The notes below the pieces were generated by a model. It was given only the letters and a program-made list of their open reading frames with translations, ran no database searches and was not told where the DNA came from. The position numbers were made by a program, and so were the translations under genes. From Bryobacterales bacterium (GTDB lineage Bacteria; Acidobacteriota; Terriglobia; Bryobacterales; UBA6623), in assembly GCA_963422375.2 (NCBI GenBank), contig OY729428.2:3264001-3328000 (forward strand): a DNA stretch of 64,000 nucleotides, given 5' to 3'. Every line of letters begins with the position of its first letter. Position 1 is the stretch's first letter. Positions 53,814-64,000 of the stretch are shown piece by piece.

Positions 53814-56570
53814 CTAGGCCGAAGTCTGGCACGTCGAGCATTCGCATGCAAGAATCTCGCGAGACTTTCTGTTCCACCGCAGCTCGAGGACGGACTCCGA
53901 GAGGCCGACCCAATCGACCAGCAACACCCGGCCCGACGCCTGCCTCGCGGCATCCCGGTAGGCTTCGTTCGCCGGCAGCAGGGGAGCCTCCCGAAACTCC
54001 TCGAAGATGCGCTTGGCCGTCAGGATCCGGTCCGTCCCGAGGCCGCGGGGGTCGATCTCGACTAGATCCGGCAGGCGGCTGATCGTGATCCTCGCACTAC
54101 CCTGCTGCTGGAGCGGCCCGGACCACGAGAGCGCCATCAGTCCCAAGGTGGCGTTGCGCCGGGGCACAAGCACTTCATCCCAGTCCCACTGCATGAGAAA
54201 GCTCGGCCACGGTGTTCCGCCGATCTCGGGCTCGGCGGTCAGGAAGGCCGCCAGAGACTGCGAATGCATCCGGAAGTCCCGGTCGAAGTGCAGACGCGAG
54301 GCCGTCCGCTCCCACGCCTGGGCCGCCCGGTCCCAGCAGCCGGCCCGGGGTAGGCCCTCGCTGTCGGGCGCGACCACCAGCAGGCGCTCGCGGACGGCGT
54401 CATGCCCCCACAGCGCCGAGTGGGTCGGCGGGCCCGCCGGCGGCGGGATGTCGAAGGGCCTGCTTGGCATTCCGTCCGCCGCACGCTCCTCGCCGGAGAT
54501 ATCCCTCTCAACCAGGCCCCTCGATCCGAGTTCCCCCAATGCGACGACTGGCAGCGGCTCCTCGCGATGCCGGCCGAGCTTGAGCCGCCCGGCTGCCAAC
54601 GCTTCCATCGTCACCGCGAAGCACGGCTCCGCGAGGCCCGAGCAGCCCCGGCCGGTGATTGAGCGAAGGTACGACCCCGCCCGCTCGCTGCCCCCGAGCG
54701 ACGGGCGCCGCCGGCGTCATGCGCTCGATCACCCGGCCCGTTGCGTAGGCTTCGAGCAGCGGCCGACGCGCCAGATTGACGAGCAATGTCGGAGTGCGCG
54801 CCGCGTCGCCCTCGCCGCGGCGCGTCGCGATGACCAGCGACTCCCCACATCCCGGCGTGGGCCGATAACGCCCGCTCGGGCGCGCCTGTCGCCGCCATCG
54901 ACACAACCGTCACGTCGCTGTCGAACCGGCTCGCGTGCGCCACGTCGATGAAATTCGACGCGATCCCTGCATTGCCGTGCTCCGTCGGTGCCTCGCAATG
55001 CTGCCGCAACTCCCACAGCCGCTGTGACATCGCCCCCTGCTCGGCCTCGCCGGTCTTGATTCCCGCGAACGACTGCACCGGCACCTCGGCCGACTCGTGG
55101 TTAGTCGGGCCTGCGAAGGGCGGGTTCATGATCACCCGGTCCGCAGGCCGGTGCGGAAGATCGAGGTCGAGCACATCCTCATCGGCTCCCTTGCCGCGCG
55201 CCGGCATGCGGCCCGTTCCGACCCGCGCCTACGTCGGCTCCTCGCGGATCAGCTCCAGCGACCCCGGGAACGCCGTCCGAGCGGTCTCAACGGGCTGCTC
55301 CCCGTACGGCCGCGGGTAGATCCGCGGGATCGCGAACGTCGCCTTGGGATGCGCGCTCGCCAGCGTCTAGGCGGCCAAGTGCGTCGCCGCGTGAACGATG
55401 TCCGCCGCGACCAGCGGCCCCTCCATCGTCGGGCGGTGCAGCCGTGAGTCGCCGCCGCCCGATACGCCGCCTTAGGCAGCGCTCCGGGTCTGCCTGCCAG
55501 GTCCGAGATCCGCAGCGCTGAGACTTGCCGCGGCTTGGACGATTCGACTGCCAAACGGGACACCGCCTGCTCCGCCAAGCGAGCCGCCGACGCCGGCAAC
55601 GTGTAGGGTGTCGCTAGGAACTTGCGGTCGGCGATGAGGCGCTGGAACCTCTGTCCCGACATATCCTCGATACCCGTCGCGCCCATCGTCGCCAGCCGGC
55701 TCGCAACCTGCGTCAGTCGCCCGAGAATCTTCCGCGCCGGAAGCTCCGGCAGCTCTCGCGGCAGGTCGGACGCGTTTCGGAAGCTTCGGCCAGTAGTTGA
55801 TCTCGCCCAAAATGCTCTCCCAGCACTCCAGGACTTCAAGCCGCGGCGTCGATGCCTCGCTCCGAAGGCACCCTTTGGGCGTCTTGATGCAATAGCAGCG
55901 GGCGATCAGCGGGCCCAAGACCAGCGCGCTGGCGATGATCGCCAGCGCCATGCGCGCGGTTCGCATCTCTGTCCTGCTGGCGCAGGATGCGGGCGGGGCG
56001 CCCCGCGGCCACGCCCATCCCAAACGCCACCTCGGCGCGGAGTGTCGATGTCGCGCCTCGCACGCCCGCCTTCCTGCAGGCACATGCCTTTGGCGACTCG
56101 TCGCTGCGACAGGGCGACGTGCTCGATGCAGGTCGCGAGCCTGTCGACGCTCTCCCGAATCCAGCCTGCAGCCGGCACCGGCGCCAGGGGCCCGACAGGG
56201 CGCAGATCGGAGACTCGGCCCGCTCGAAGCGGCTCGCGAGAGCGCCCTGCCCCTCGCGCAGATCTGCCCGAATCCTGACCGCGACAACTTGCTCGACGGC
56301 GGCGGCGCGCTCGTCCGTCACGCGGCCGAGCCGCTGCAAGGCGTCCCGTTCGACGGTCCGGGCTGGCTCGAACTCGGTCTCGATGACGACTGAGAGCCCG
56401 CCGGGGTGATGCAAGACCATATCCGACTGGAGGGCCGACCGTTCACGGAGGGCCGCTCGGAGCGACCGATCGTTCCGCGGCTCCGGCCTAGGTGCCGAGA
56501 GAAGGCATCTCGCCCGGAATCGCCCAACGTTCAGCGAGCCTGAATTCGATCCAATACGGCAGGCTAGCGA
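53814..56570 (-). pseudogene. Decayed type IIG-like restriction endonuclease / N6-adenine methyltransferase fusion
   Basis: Fragments in several frames: VVIETEFEPARTVERDA, ILGEINYWP, FQRLIADRKFLAT.YTLP, VIMNPPF, HSALW.HDA and QQQG.ARITISRLP. Confidence 0.75.
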
Positions 56571-57114
56571 CGTGCTCTCAGGCCATGGAGTGAACGTCCA
56601 CCTCGGGCAAGCTGTGCGGCAAGCAAGCGCTGGCGGCATGGGCGGTGCCGGTGCGAGAGACGGCGGGCGCGGGCCAGCGGGGTTGCGGGACCGGCTGCCG
56701 TTGACAATCGGAGAGCAGCGGGCGCGGGCAGGCGGGCCGAAATGCTTCCGCCGCGTCACTTCTCGGACCGCCGCCAAGCGATTCCTCGGCTCGGAACCTC
56801 GTCCCGATGCCTGGGGCCACCCGTCCCAGTCGCCTTGCCGAGTCTCGGTGGGCCGGAGCGTCTGCTCTCCAGCCATCCGCAGTTGCCAGAGGACGCTCTG
56901 GATTGCCTCGCGCCTGGCATCTTCGGTACTAAGTTCACCGTCACCCAGCACACCTAGGATTCGATTGCGGGATGGCCAGAGGTCAACGGGGACACGTTGA
57001 AATCACGGGCACATACGATGTGCGGATTGTGTGTTCGGATCTGCTTCTCCTTGGCACGATTGCCTCGGCTCGACTTGGAGGAATTGAGTCGCGAGGCGTC
57101 GAGTCTGCCAGATA

Positions 57115-58206
57115 CTACTTCAAGACAGCGAAGTCCTCCAGTGTCAGGTCCTTATAGGTATGCCACACGTACGTCTTCCTCAGTTCGAGAATAGCCGCCT
57201 GCGCTTTTTCAGCCTCGGGATCGATCCTTGTGTTCTGTCTAACTGGCGTATCCGGAGCCTCCGAGATCTGCGGTGCTGTGGAGCTACAGCTGTTGTAGTA
57301 GTCTTGAAGCCTGTTCAGGTCAGGAAAGATCTCCTTTGGTGTCTCATGTCCAAAGTAATGGTGATGGTATACCTCGATATCCCGCCATGTGGACGTACCA
57401 TATAACCTCCATTTAGGTGCCATAAAAGAGTCATTATAGTGACGTAGATACGAGTAATCTCCACTGAATGCTACGATCCTACCTTGCATTTTGATGAGAT
57501 ATTCCTTCGGAGAGGTCACATCCTTGACGGGCCACACAATGACATCCATCCAAGTCTTCTCCGGCATTAAGGTATCCGTCGCGAGGCTACTCGCAGTCGG
57601 ATTGTCGAAGCGGTCACTCGTCTTCTGCCTAGACCTGAGCTGCGCCCAGAGCTGCTCGCGTGAAACTTCGAACGTGAATAGGTCGCCCAGACCCGGCCAC
57701 CGCACCGGCCCGCTCGTAAGGGCGCTCTTAAGCACTGGCCTACCCCCTGCGCCGAACCAGATGTCCATGGGGCTCAGCAGTCTCGCGTCGAGCATGGAGT
57801 AGCCGCGACTCCTAATCCTTTTTGCCGTGCGGACATCCACGCGGACTCGCTCTCCGTCATGGTCGAACTCGACAATGCCAGCGGGGTTCACTCGCCTCTT
57901 GCTCGGCATCGTGACTCGGATGTAGTCAGAATCACAGGACACTTCCAGAACCAACGGATATGCGAGGTCGTCGACGGTGGATTCTGGCGTGCAGTGAGCG
58001 AAATCTGTTCGGTCGCTGCCTGGTGCCCAGCACAGCGCCGAGGCGTTCGACGCGTCCACCCAATAGCTCTGCGCGTTGACCGGGACGATGAAAGTCTCGG
58101 ATTGAGCAGACGGGGAGGCCAGCAGAGCTGCTGCGGCGAGCAGGCCACCCAGACTCATCGACGCGTTCGTGTGCGCCGGGTTGGGGGAGCAATGGCTTGG
58201 ATTCAT
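57115..58206 (-). CDS. Hypothetical secreted protein, lower GC than the flanks
   Basis: 363-codon open frame with signal-like GLLAAAALLASPSAQS. Atypical composition; no motif recognised. Confidence 0.55.
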   Translation of the reverse strand: MNPSHCSPNPAHTNASMSLGGLLAAAALLASPSAQSETFIVPVNAQSYWVDASNASALCWAPGSDRTDFAHCTPESTVDDLAYPLVLEVSCDSDYIRVTMPSKRRVNPAGIVEFDHDGERVRVDVRTAKRIRSRGYSMLDARLLSPMDIWFGAGGRPVLKSALTSGPVRWPGLGDLFTFEVSREQLWAQLRSRQKTSDRFDNPTASSLATDTLMPEKTWMDVIVWPVKDVTSPKEYLIKMQGRIVAFSGDYSYLRHYNDSFMAPKWRLYGTSTWRDIEVYHHHYFGHETPKEIFPDLNRLQDYYNSCSSTAPQISEAPDTPVRQNTRIDPEAEKAQAAILELRKTYVWHTYKDLTLEDFAVLK

Positions 58207-58799
58207 CGAAAGTCTCCGGTCCGAGTGTCGGCGGGACGCGACGGGCATCGTAAGCGTGAGACGCCTCAGGTGATCGATTCGGGTACAACAGTCGCAATCC
58301 CGGACGGGGCATGATCAGGAAGTCGCTGTGGCGCATCGTCCCTCCGGGGCCTGCGCACAGAACAACGGACGCGGACTTCCGTTAGCAGACGCGCCCAGAA
58401 ATGATTGACTACACCGGCAGATCACGTCTAACCCATTGGAATAACGAAACTTACGATCACACCACCGTCAGGATCGGTGCGAGACACGCTAGAGTGCTTG
58501 ACCGCTTGACTTGCCCACTCATCCGGAGTGCGGAACGTTCGGGCCTCATCGTCGCCGTCGGTCGATGGCGGCCTCGGCTCGCCTGGAAGCGATGGAGCGC
58601 GATCGCGAACCGGTATGATGCCCGCCGACGCGGTTGCGTCGTCTGATGCACCATTGTATTCGAGTCCGAGGTGACAGGACGGCACGCGATACAGGCTCGC
58701 GTGCATATGCACGGTTGATTGCGGCCAAGCACCGAGACACAGGGGCAGTGTTTCGGAATGCGCCATGCCATCGCCCGCGGCCCCGAGCGGCCACGGCTG

Positions 58800-59540
58800 G
58801 TCGATCGATCCATCCCGGATTTCTTCGAACCGTGCATGACGAGCCTGGGCCGACCGGGACGCCTTGCCGCCATGGACGCTCGGCTCCGAGCAACGCTGCC
58901 GCAGCAGCACGTCCGGCGAGGCAATGATTCTCGGCGAGGATGCCGCGCCAGCACTTCAGCACTTCGCGACAGGGTGTCGACTCGTCGGACCCGAGGTACT
59001 TCATGGGAGTCTTGATGTGGTAGGACCCGCAATTCAGCGTGTCAAGTGCCAGCGGATTGGCGAGAATCGCTCTGGACATCCGCGACGTCTGAACGCCGGA
59101 TTGCTGATGCATGGCGCGAGCGATGCTCTCAGCTGCCGCCGGCCGGTCCGCTTCCAGTTCCTCGCGCAGGATCGACGTCGCGCCTCGCGTGCCGAGCTCC
59201 AGCTGGCGCATGTCCTACTCGATGCGGTCTGCGAGTTTCCCGTGGGCCCTCGAGCAGGACGGACGGAATCCTGACCGCAGGCACCTGCTCGACTGCCGAG
59301 CTGAGGTCGTCCAAGACTCGGCCGAGCCCCTTCGGAGCGTCCTGCTCTACGCTTCGGGCCGGTTCAAACTCGGTCTCGATGACGACCGAGAGCCCGTCGG
59401 AGTGATGCAGGACGCCATCCGGCTGGAGGGCGCGCCAGTCGAATACCCGGCTCTGCGCGGCCGCCTGCGCATCGCGGCAGTGCGGGTGCTTTTCGCGCAG
59501 GACTCGCACGAAACCGAAGTAAGGCTTCTGCTCGGACATG
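58800..59540 (-). pseudogene. Second decayed N-terminal fragment of the same type IIG-like R-M gene
   Basis: LREKHPH, LQPDGVLHHSDGLSVVIETEFEPARSVEQDA and QTSRM.RAILAN; colinear with 55700-56460. Confidence 0.75.
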
Positions 59541-59927
59541 CGCTGCGGCGGCCCCTACCTCTGCGGAGCAAGATCGACGGGCCTGCCGCTCTGTGGGCGT
59601 CGCGTCACGCCCGAGGGGGAAGCGAAGGCGGCCGGGCCACTTCCCTGACCCGCAACACCGCGCGCGACGGTGGCACCGGCACGGCATCAGCGCGGTCCGT
59701 CATGCCCGCTCTTGCGGGGACTTGCAGGTCGAGCCCCCTGGCGCCATCTTTCGTTGGTATCGCCGAGAGTCGTCCCGGCATTGAGACCCACTCGAGTTCG
59801 ACAGCGTTCGGCCGGTCCGCCGGCTGCGGCCGAATGAGTGGCGCGGCCGCTCGCTCCGTGACGCGATAGCATGTGCCTACACGCTCGGACCGGTAGGGGC
59901 CGAGCCCCGGATGCTTCGTTGCCAAGG

Positions 59928-60554
59928 GTGACTCCACGGTTTTTCGCTAGCGCCGAGGAGCTCAGGGCATGGTTCCGTGATAATCACGACAAGCTCGACG
60001 AGCAGTGGTTCGGGTACTTCAAGAAGGGCACCGGAATACCTAGCGTCGACTGGCCGCAGTCTGTCGATGTCGCTCTCTGCTTCGGCTGGATCGACGGGAT
60101 CCGCAAGAGCCGCGACGCCATCAGCTACATGATTCGCTTCACGCCCCGCCGCCCGCGGAGCCGCTGGAGCGCCCGAAACGTCGCCCGGATCGAAGAGCTG
60201 GCGGCCGCCGGCCTCGTCGAGGAGGCCGGACTCGCGGCCTTCAGTGGACGATCCGCCGAGCCAACCCTGCCGGCGACCGCATCCGACCGGTTGCCGGCCC
60301 GGTTCGAGAGCGCGGTCCGGTCCAATCCCTCCGCGTGGAGCTATTACCGCTCCGCCCGGCCCTCCTACCGCAAGCAGGTCGCACTGTGGGTGACGAGCGC
60401 CAGCAAGGAGGTGACAAGGCTCCGTCGGCTCGAAACCCTGATCGAATGCTGCGCCGGAGGCGAGCCCGTCCCCCCGCTGCGCTGGATCCAGAAGGGCGGG
60501 CGCCGAGCGCGGGTTACGGCCTCGTCAGCCGCGCCGCGACGGACCCCTTCGTGA
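59928..60554 (+). CDS. YdeI/OmpD-associated family protein
   Basis: FFASAEELRAWF, ALCFGWIDG, RFTPRRPRSRWSARN and WVTSASKEVTR. Confidence 0.85.
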   Translation: MTPRFFASAEELRAWFRDNHDKLDEQWFGYFKKGTGIPSVDWPQSVDVALCFGWIDGIRKSRDAISYMIRFTPRRPRSRWSARNVARIEELAAAGLVEEAGLAAFSGRSAEPTLPATASDRLPARFESAVRSNPSAWSYYRSARPSYRKQVALWVTSASKEVTRLRRLETLIECCAGGEPVPPLRWIQKGGRRARVTASSAAPRRTPS

Positions 60555-61119
60555 TGGCTTCCGGGCTTTGGAACATGCCGATCCCCGCGATAGCGGCCGC
60601 CCCGGCATCCAGGCACGCCCCGGCCCGGTCGGCCCTGACGCCTCCCAGCGCGTAGACGGGTATGTCCGCGAGGCGGCAGGCGCTCCGCAGTCCGTCCAGG
60701 CCGGGGATGCAGGTCGTCCCGGGCTTCGACTCGGTAGGAAAGACCGGCCCGAAGACGACGAAGTCGGCCCCCTCGCGCTCGGCCCGAAGCACCTCGCCCA
60801 CGTCGTGCGTGGACGCCGCGATCAGGAAGCCTCGGGGCGCCACCGCCCGGAGATCCGGGACCGGCGGCGCGTCCGCGGGCAGGTGGACGCCGTGCGCGCC
60901 GGCCGCAAGCGCGACGTCAAGCCTGCCGTTGACCAAGAGCTTCGCCCGGCGGCCTCGGATCCTGCGCAGAGCCGCCCGGGCGAGCGCGAGCAGGTCCCGT
61001 ACGGGAAGGTCCTTCTCGCGCAGCTGGATCCGCTCGACTCCCGCCCGGGCGTTCGCCTCGACGCAGTCCAGCAGGTCCGCGGGACAGCGGCGACGGTCCG
61101 TGATGTAATACCGCTTCAT
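60514..61119 (-). CDS. thiE: Thiamine phosphate synthase / TenI family
   Basis: YYITDR, IQLREKDL, GAHGVHL, STH, FGPVFPTESK and PVYALGG. Confidence 0.85.
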   Translation of the reverse strand: MKRYYITDRRRCPADLLDCVEANARAGVERIQLREKDLPVRDLLALARAALRRIRGRRAKLLVNGRLDVALAAGAHGVHLPADAPPVPDLRAVAPRGFLIAASTHDVGEVLRAEREGADFVVFGPVFPTESKPGTTCIPGLDGLRSACRLADIPVYALGGVRADRAGACLDAGAAAIAGIGMFQSPEAITKGSVAARLTRP

Positions 61120-61156
61120 CGCTCGACGCTCCAAGGAAGCCGGATTGGATCCAATG

Positions 61157-61196
61157 TTGACAACGATTGACTAAAGTAACGTCATGAGTGTATACT
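61157..61196 (+). promoter_or_regulatory. dnaK promoter region
   Basis: TTGACT-18 nt-TATACT (extended TG); a second TTGACA lies 10 bp upstream. Confidence 0.6.
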
Positions 61197-61255
61197 AAGA
61201 ATCCAGCGGGGACCGCGAGGGCGGTCACCATCCGAAGCCAAGGGGGAGGCAAGCA

Positions 61256-63163
61256 ATGGGCAAGGTGATCGGAATCGACCTCGGAACCACCAACTCCGTA
61301 GTCGCGGTGATGCAAGCCGGCCAGCCTACCGTGATCGCGAACCAGGACGGAGGGCGCACCACGCCGTCGGTGGTCGCCTTTACCAAGAGCGGGGAGCGCC
61401 TGGTCGGCGAGACAGCGAAGCGGCAGTCTGTCACGAATCCCGAATCGACCATCTATTCGATCAAGCGGTTCATGGGCCGGAGGCCTGCGGAAGTCCGCGA
61501 GGAGACCGAGTTCGTACCGTACAAGACAACCGTCGGCGGCGGCCTGCTCAAGGTGATGGCCGCGGGCAAGAACTACTCGCCGCAAGAGATTTCGGCGATG
61601 GTGCTGGGCAAGCTCAAGACGGCCGCCGAGGACTACCTCGGCGAGAAGGTGACGCAAGCGGTCATCACCGTCCCGGCGTACTTCAACGACTCCCAGCGCC
61701 AAGCCACCAAGGACGCCGGCAAGATCGCCGGTCTGGAGGTGCTGCGCATCATCAACGAGCCGACCGCCGCGGCCTTGGCGTACGGCCTCGACAAGAAGGA
61801 AAACGAGACCATCGTGGTGTACGACTTCGGAGGCGGCACCTTCGACATCTCGATTCTCGAGGTGGGCGACGGCGTCGTCGAGGTCAAGTCGACCAACGGC
61901 GACACCCATCTCGGCGGCGACAACATCGACAGCCACCTCGTGCAGTGGATCGTAGACGAGTTCCGCAGAGAGCACGGGATCGACCTGTCCAAGGACACCA
62001 TGGCCTTGCAGCGCCTGCGGGAAGCGGCCGAGAAGGCCAAGATGGCGCTCTCGGGCCTGATGCAGACCGAGATCAACCTGCCCTTCATCACCGCCGACGC
62101 CACCGGGCCGAAGCACCTCCAGCTCAACCTGACCCGGGCGCGCTTGGAGCAGATGATCGAGCCGCTGATCCGCCGCACCCTCGAGCCCTGCAAGAAGGCG
62201 CTGGCCGATGCCGGGCTGAATCCGAGGCAGATCGACGAAGTGGTGCTGGTCGGAGGTTCCACGCGCATACCCAAGGTGCAGCAGCTGGTCGAGGAGCTGT
62301 TCGGCAAGGAGCCGCACAAGGGCGTCAACGCGGACGAGGTCGTGGCGATCGGCGCGGCCGTGCAGGGCGGCGTCCTGGGCGGCGAGGTCAAGGACGTCCT
62401 GCTGCTAGACGTCACCCCCCTGTCCCTCGGAATCGAGACGCTCGGCGGGGTGTTCACCAAGCTGATCGACCGGAACACGACCATCCCCACGCGCAAGTCG
62501 GAGACCTTCTCGACGGCCGCGGACAGCCAGACCTCGGTGGAGGTCAAGGTCTTCCAAGGCGAGCGGTCGATGGCGTCCGACAACCGCCTGCTGGGCGTAT
62601 TCCAGCTCGTGGGCATCCCGCCCGCGCCGCGGGGGGTCCCGCAGGTCGAGGTCACCTTCGACATCGACGCCAACGGCATCCTGAACGTGTCGGCCAAGGA
62701 CAAGGCCACCAGCAAGCAGCAGCAGATCACGATCACCAGCTCGTCGGGCCTGTCCAAGGATGAGATCGAGAAGATGGCGCACGAGGCGGAGGAGCACTCC
62801 GCCGACGACGCCAAGCGCAAGGAGGAAGTCGAGGCCCGCAACCAAGCCGACGCGGTCATCTACTCCACCGAGAAGACCCTCAACGAGAACCGCGACAAGG
62901 TCGACCCGGCCGACGCGGTGAAGATCGAGCAGGCGATCAGCGCGGCGCGCGAGGCGGTCAAGAACGGCTCGACGGCGCAGATTCGCAGCGCCGTCGAGGA
63001 TCTGACGAAGGCGAGCCACAAGCTGGCCGAAGCCATGTACACTTCCGAGGCGGGCGGCGCGGGGCAGGAATCCCCGGACGAGCCCGCGGCAGGAGCGCCG
63101 CAGCCGGACGACGACGTGGTAGACGCCGAGTTCGTCGACGGCGACGAGAAGCCGAAGCGCTAG
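61256..63163 (+). CDS. dnaK: Chaperone DnaK (Hsp70)
   Basis: [35 protein letters not shown] and [18 protein letters not shown]. Confidence 0.99.
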   Translation: MGKVIGIDLGTTNSVVAVMQAGQPTVIANQDGGRTTPSVVAFTKSGERLVGETAKRQSVTNPESTIYSIKRFMGRRPAEVREETEFVPYKTTVGGGLLKVMAAGKNYSPQEISAMVLGKLKTAAEDYLGEKVTQAVITVPAYFNDSQRQATKDAGKIAGLEVLRIINEPTAAALAYGLDKKENETIVVYDFGGGTFDISILEVGDGVVEVKSTNGDTHLGGDNIDSHLVQWIVDEFRREHGIDLSKDTMALQRLREAAEKAKMALSGLMQTEINLPFITADATGPKHLQLNLTRARLEQMIEPLIRRTLEPCKKALADAGLNPRQIDEVVLVGGSTRIPKVQQLVEELFGKEPHKGVNADEVVAIGAAVQGGVLGGEVKDVLLLDVTPLSLGIETLGGVFTKLIDRNTTIPTRKSETFSTAADSQTSVEVKVFQGERSMASDNRLLGVFQLVGIPPAPRGVPQVEVTFDIDANGILNVSAKDKATSKQQQITITSSSGLSKDEIEKMAHEAEEHSADDAKRKEEVEARNQADAVIYSTEKTLNENRDKVDPADAVKIEQAISAAREAVKNGSTAQIRSAVEDLTKASHKLAEAMYTSEAGGAGQESPDEPAAGAPQPDDDVVDAEFVDGDEKPKR

Positions 63164-63196
63164 ACGGAGGGCGGCGGGCCGGGCCGCCGTCTCGCA

Positions 63197-64000
63197 ATGG
63201 CGACCAGACGCGGCACGGACCACTACGCGACGCTCGGCGTCGGGCGCGACGCTAAGCCGGAGGCGATCCGCAAGGCCTACCGCCATCTGGCCCGCAAGCT
63301 GCATCCGGACGTCAATCCGGGCGACGCCGCCGCGGAGGAGCGCTTCAAGCGGGTCCAGGAGGCGTACAACGTCCTCGGCGACGAGAAGAAGCGCGAGTTC
63401 TACGACCGGCACGGCTTCTATTCCGAGCAGGCGCAGGCCGCCGGGCCCAGTCGCGGGGCCCGGCGCGGAGGCTTCGGCTTCGAGGGCTTCGACTTCGGCG
63501 ACGTCGCCCGCGGGGCGGGGCCCGACGTCGAGTCGATGTTCGAGTCGTTCCTCGGCGGAGGGCGCCGCCGCAAGACGGCCCCGGAGGAGCCGCGCAAGGG
63601 AGAGGATCTGGACTACGAGCTCGAGATCGGCTTCTTCGACGCGATTCGCGGTACCACCGTCACCCTGAGCGTGGAGCGCATGGCCCGCTGCGCGCCGTGC
63701 GGCGGGTCCGGGTCCGCCCTGGGAGCGTCGCCTCGGCAATGCACCCGCTGCGGCGGCGCCGGCAGCACGCAGGCTGCCATGGGCAACATGCAGTTCCAGG
63801 TGCCCTGCGCGTCATGCGGCGGCACGGGCCGCTCCCGCACGCCCTGCCCGCGCTGCCGCGGCGACGGACGGGTCCGCAAGAAGGGGACCGTGGAGGCGCG
63901 GATCCCTCCTGGCACGGGCGAGAACTCGCGCCTGCGCCTCCCCGGCAAGGGGAACGCGGGCCTCCGGGGAGGCTCTGCCGGGGATCTCTACATCGTGGCG
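63197..64000 (+). CDS. dnaJ: Chaperone DnaJ (runs off the window end)
   Basis: J-domain DHYATLGV..LHPDVNPG, G/F-rich linker and four CxxCxGxG repeats. Confidence 0.93.
   Translation, partial: MATRRGTDHYATLGVGRDAKPEAIRKAYRHLARKLHPDVNPGDAAAEERFKRVQEAYNVLGDEKKREFYDRHGFYSEQAQAAGPSRGARRGGFGFEGFDFGDVARGAGPDVESMFESFLGGGRRRKTAPEEPRKGEDLDYELEIGFFDAIRGTTVTLSVERMARCAPCGGSGSALGASPRQCTRCGGAGSTQAAMGNMQFQVPCASCGGTGRSRTPCPRCRGDGRVRKKGTVEARIPPGTGENSRLRLPGKGNAGLRGGSAGDLYIVA

Noticed and set aside
63163..63192. GC hairpin between dnaK and dnaJ as an intrinsic terminator
   Set aside because: No U-tract follows; at most a stability or attenuation hairpin.

Overview
GC-rich (~70%) bacterial DNA. The gene repertoire (Oar-type TonB receptor, PSD1/cytochrome-c + DUF1501 pairs, CRTAC1/ASPIC-UnbV proteins, DUF1592/DUF1552 pair, MoaD-MoeB-rhodanese fusion) suggests Acidobacteriota, possibly Bryobacterales-like; this is inference only. 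Layout: 1-6.4 kb is a pile of decayed IS elements (ISNCY-like DDE, a large putative transposase, and an IS630 with an IS1595 nested in its right end). 6.6-20.5 kb holds a desaturase and two PSD1/DUF1501 pairs around a TonB-dependent receptor. 20.5-28.5 kb is a cluster of three exported ADP-ribosylglycohydrolase homologues with ribokinase, a transporter and a Tat nucleoside hydrolase. A second IS1595 follows. 29.9-37.1 kb is a CRTAC1/TPR operon. After that come a sulfatase + DUF1592/DUF1552 unit, a second ISNCY-like copy truncating a Uma2 gene, lpxB, an M1 pseudo-peptidase, moeZ, a decayed restriction-modification island, ydeI-like, thiE and dnaK-dnaJ (partial). Two signals stand out. (1) An in-frame UGA at 35313-35315 is followed by an fdhF-like SECIS hairpin and would join two ORFs into a ~1313-aa exported FG-GAP/ASPIC-redoxin-TPR candidate selenoprotein. 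(2) A recurrent CTGG/CCAG->CCGG substitution signature destroys conserved Trp/Leu/Gln codons in the IS copies and other relics but not in intact genes. No rRNA, tRNA or CRISPR array was seen.
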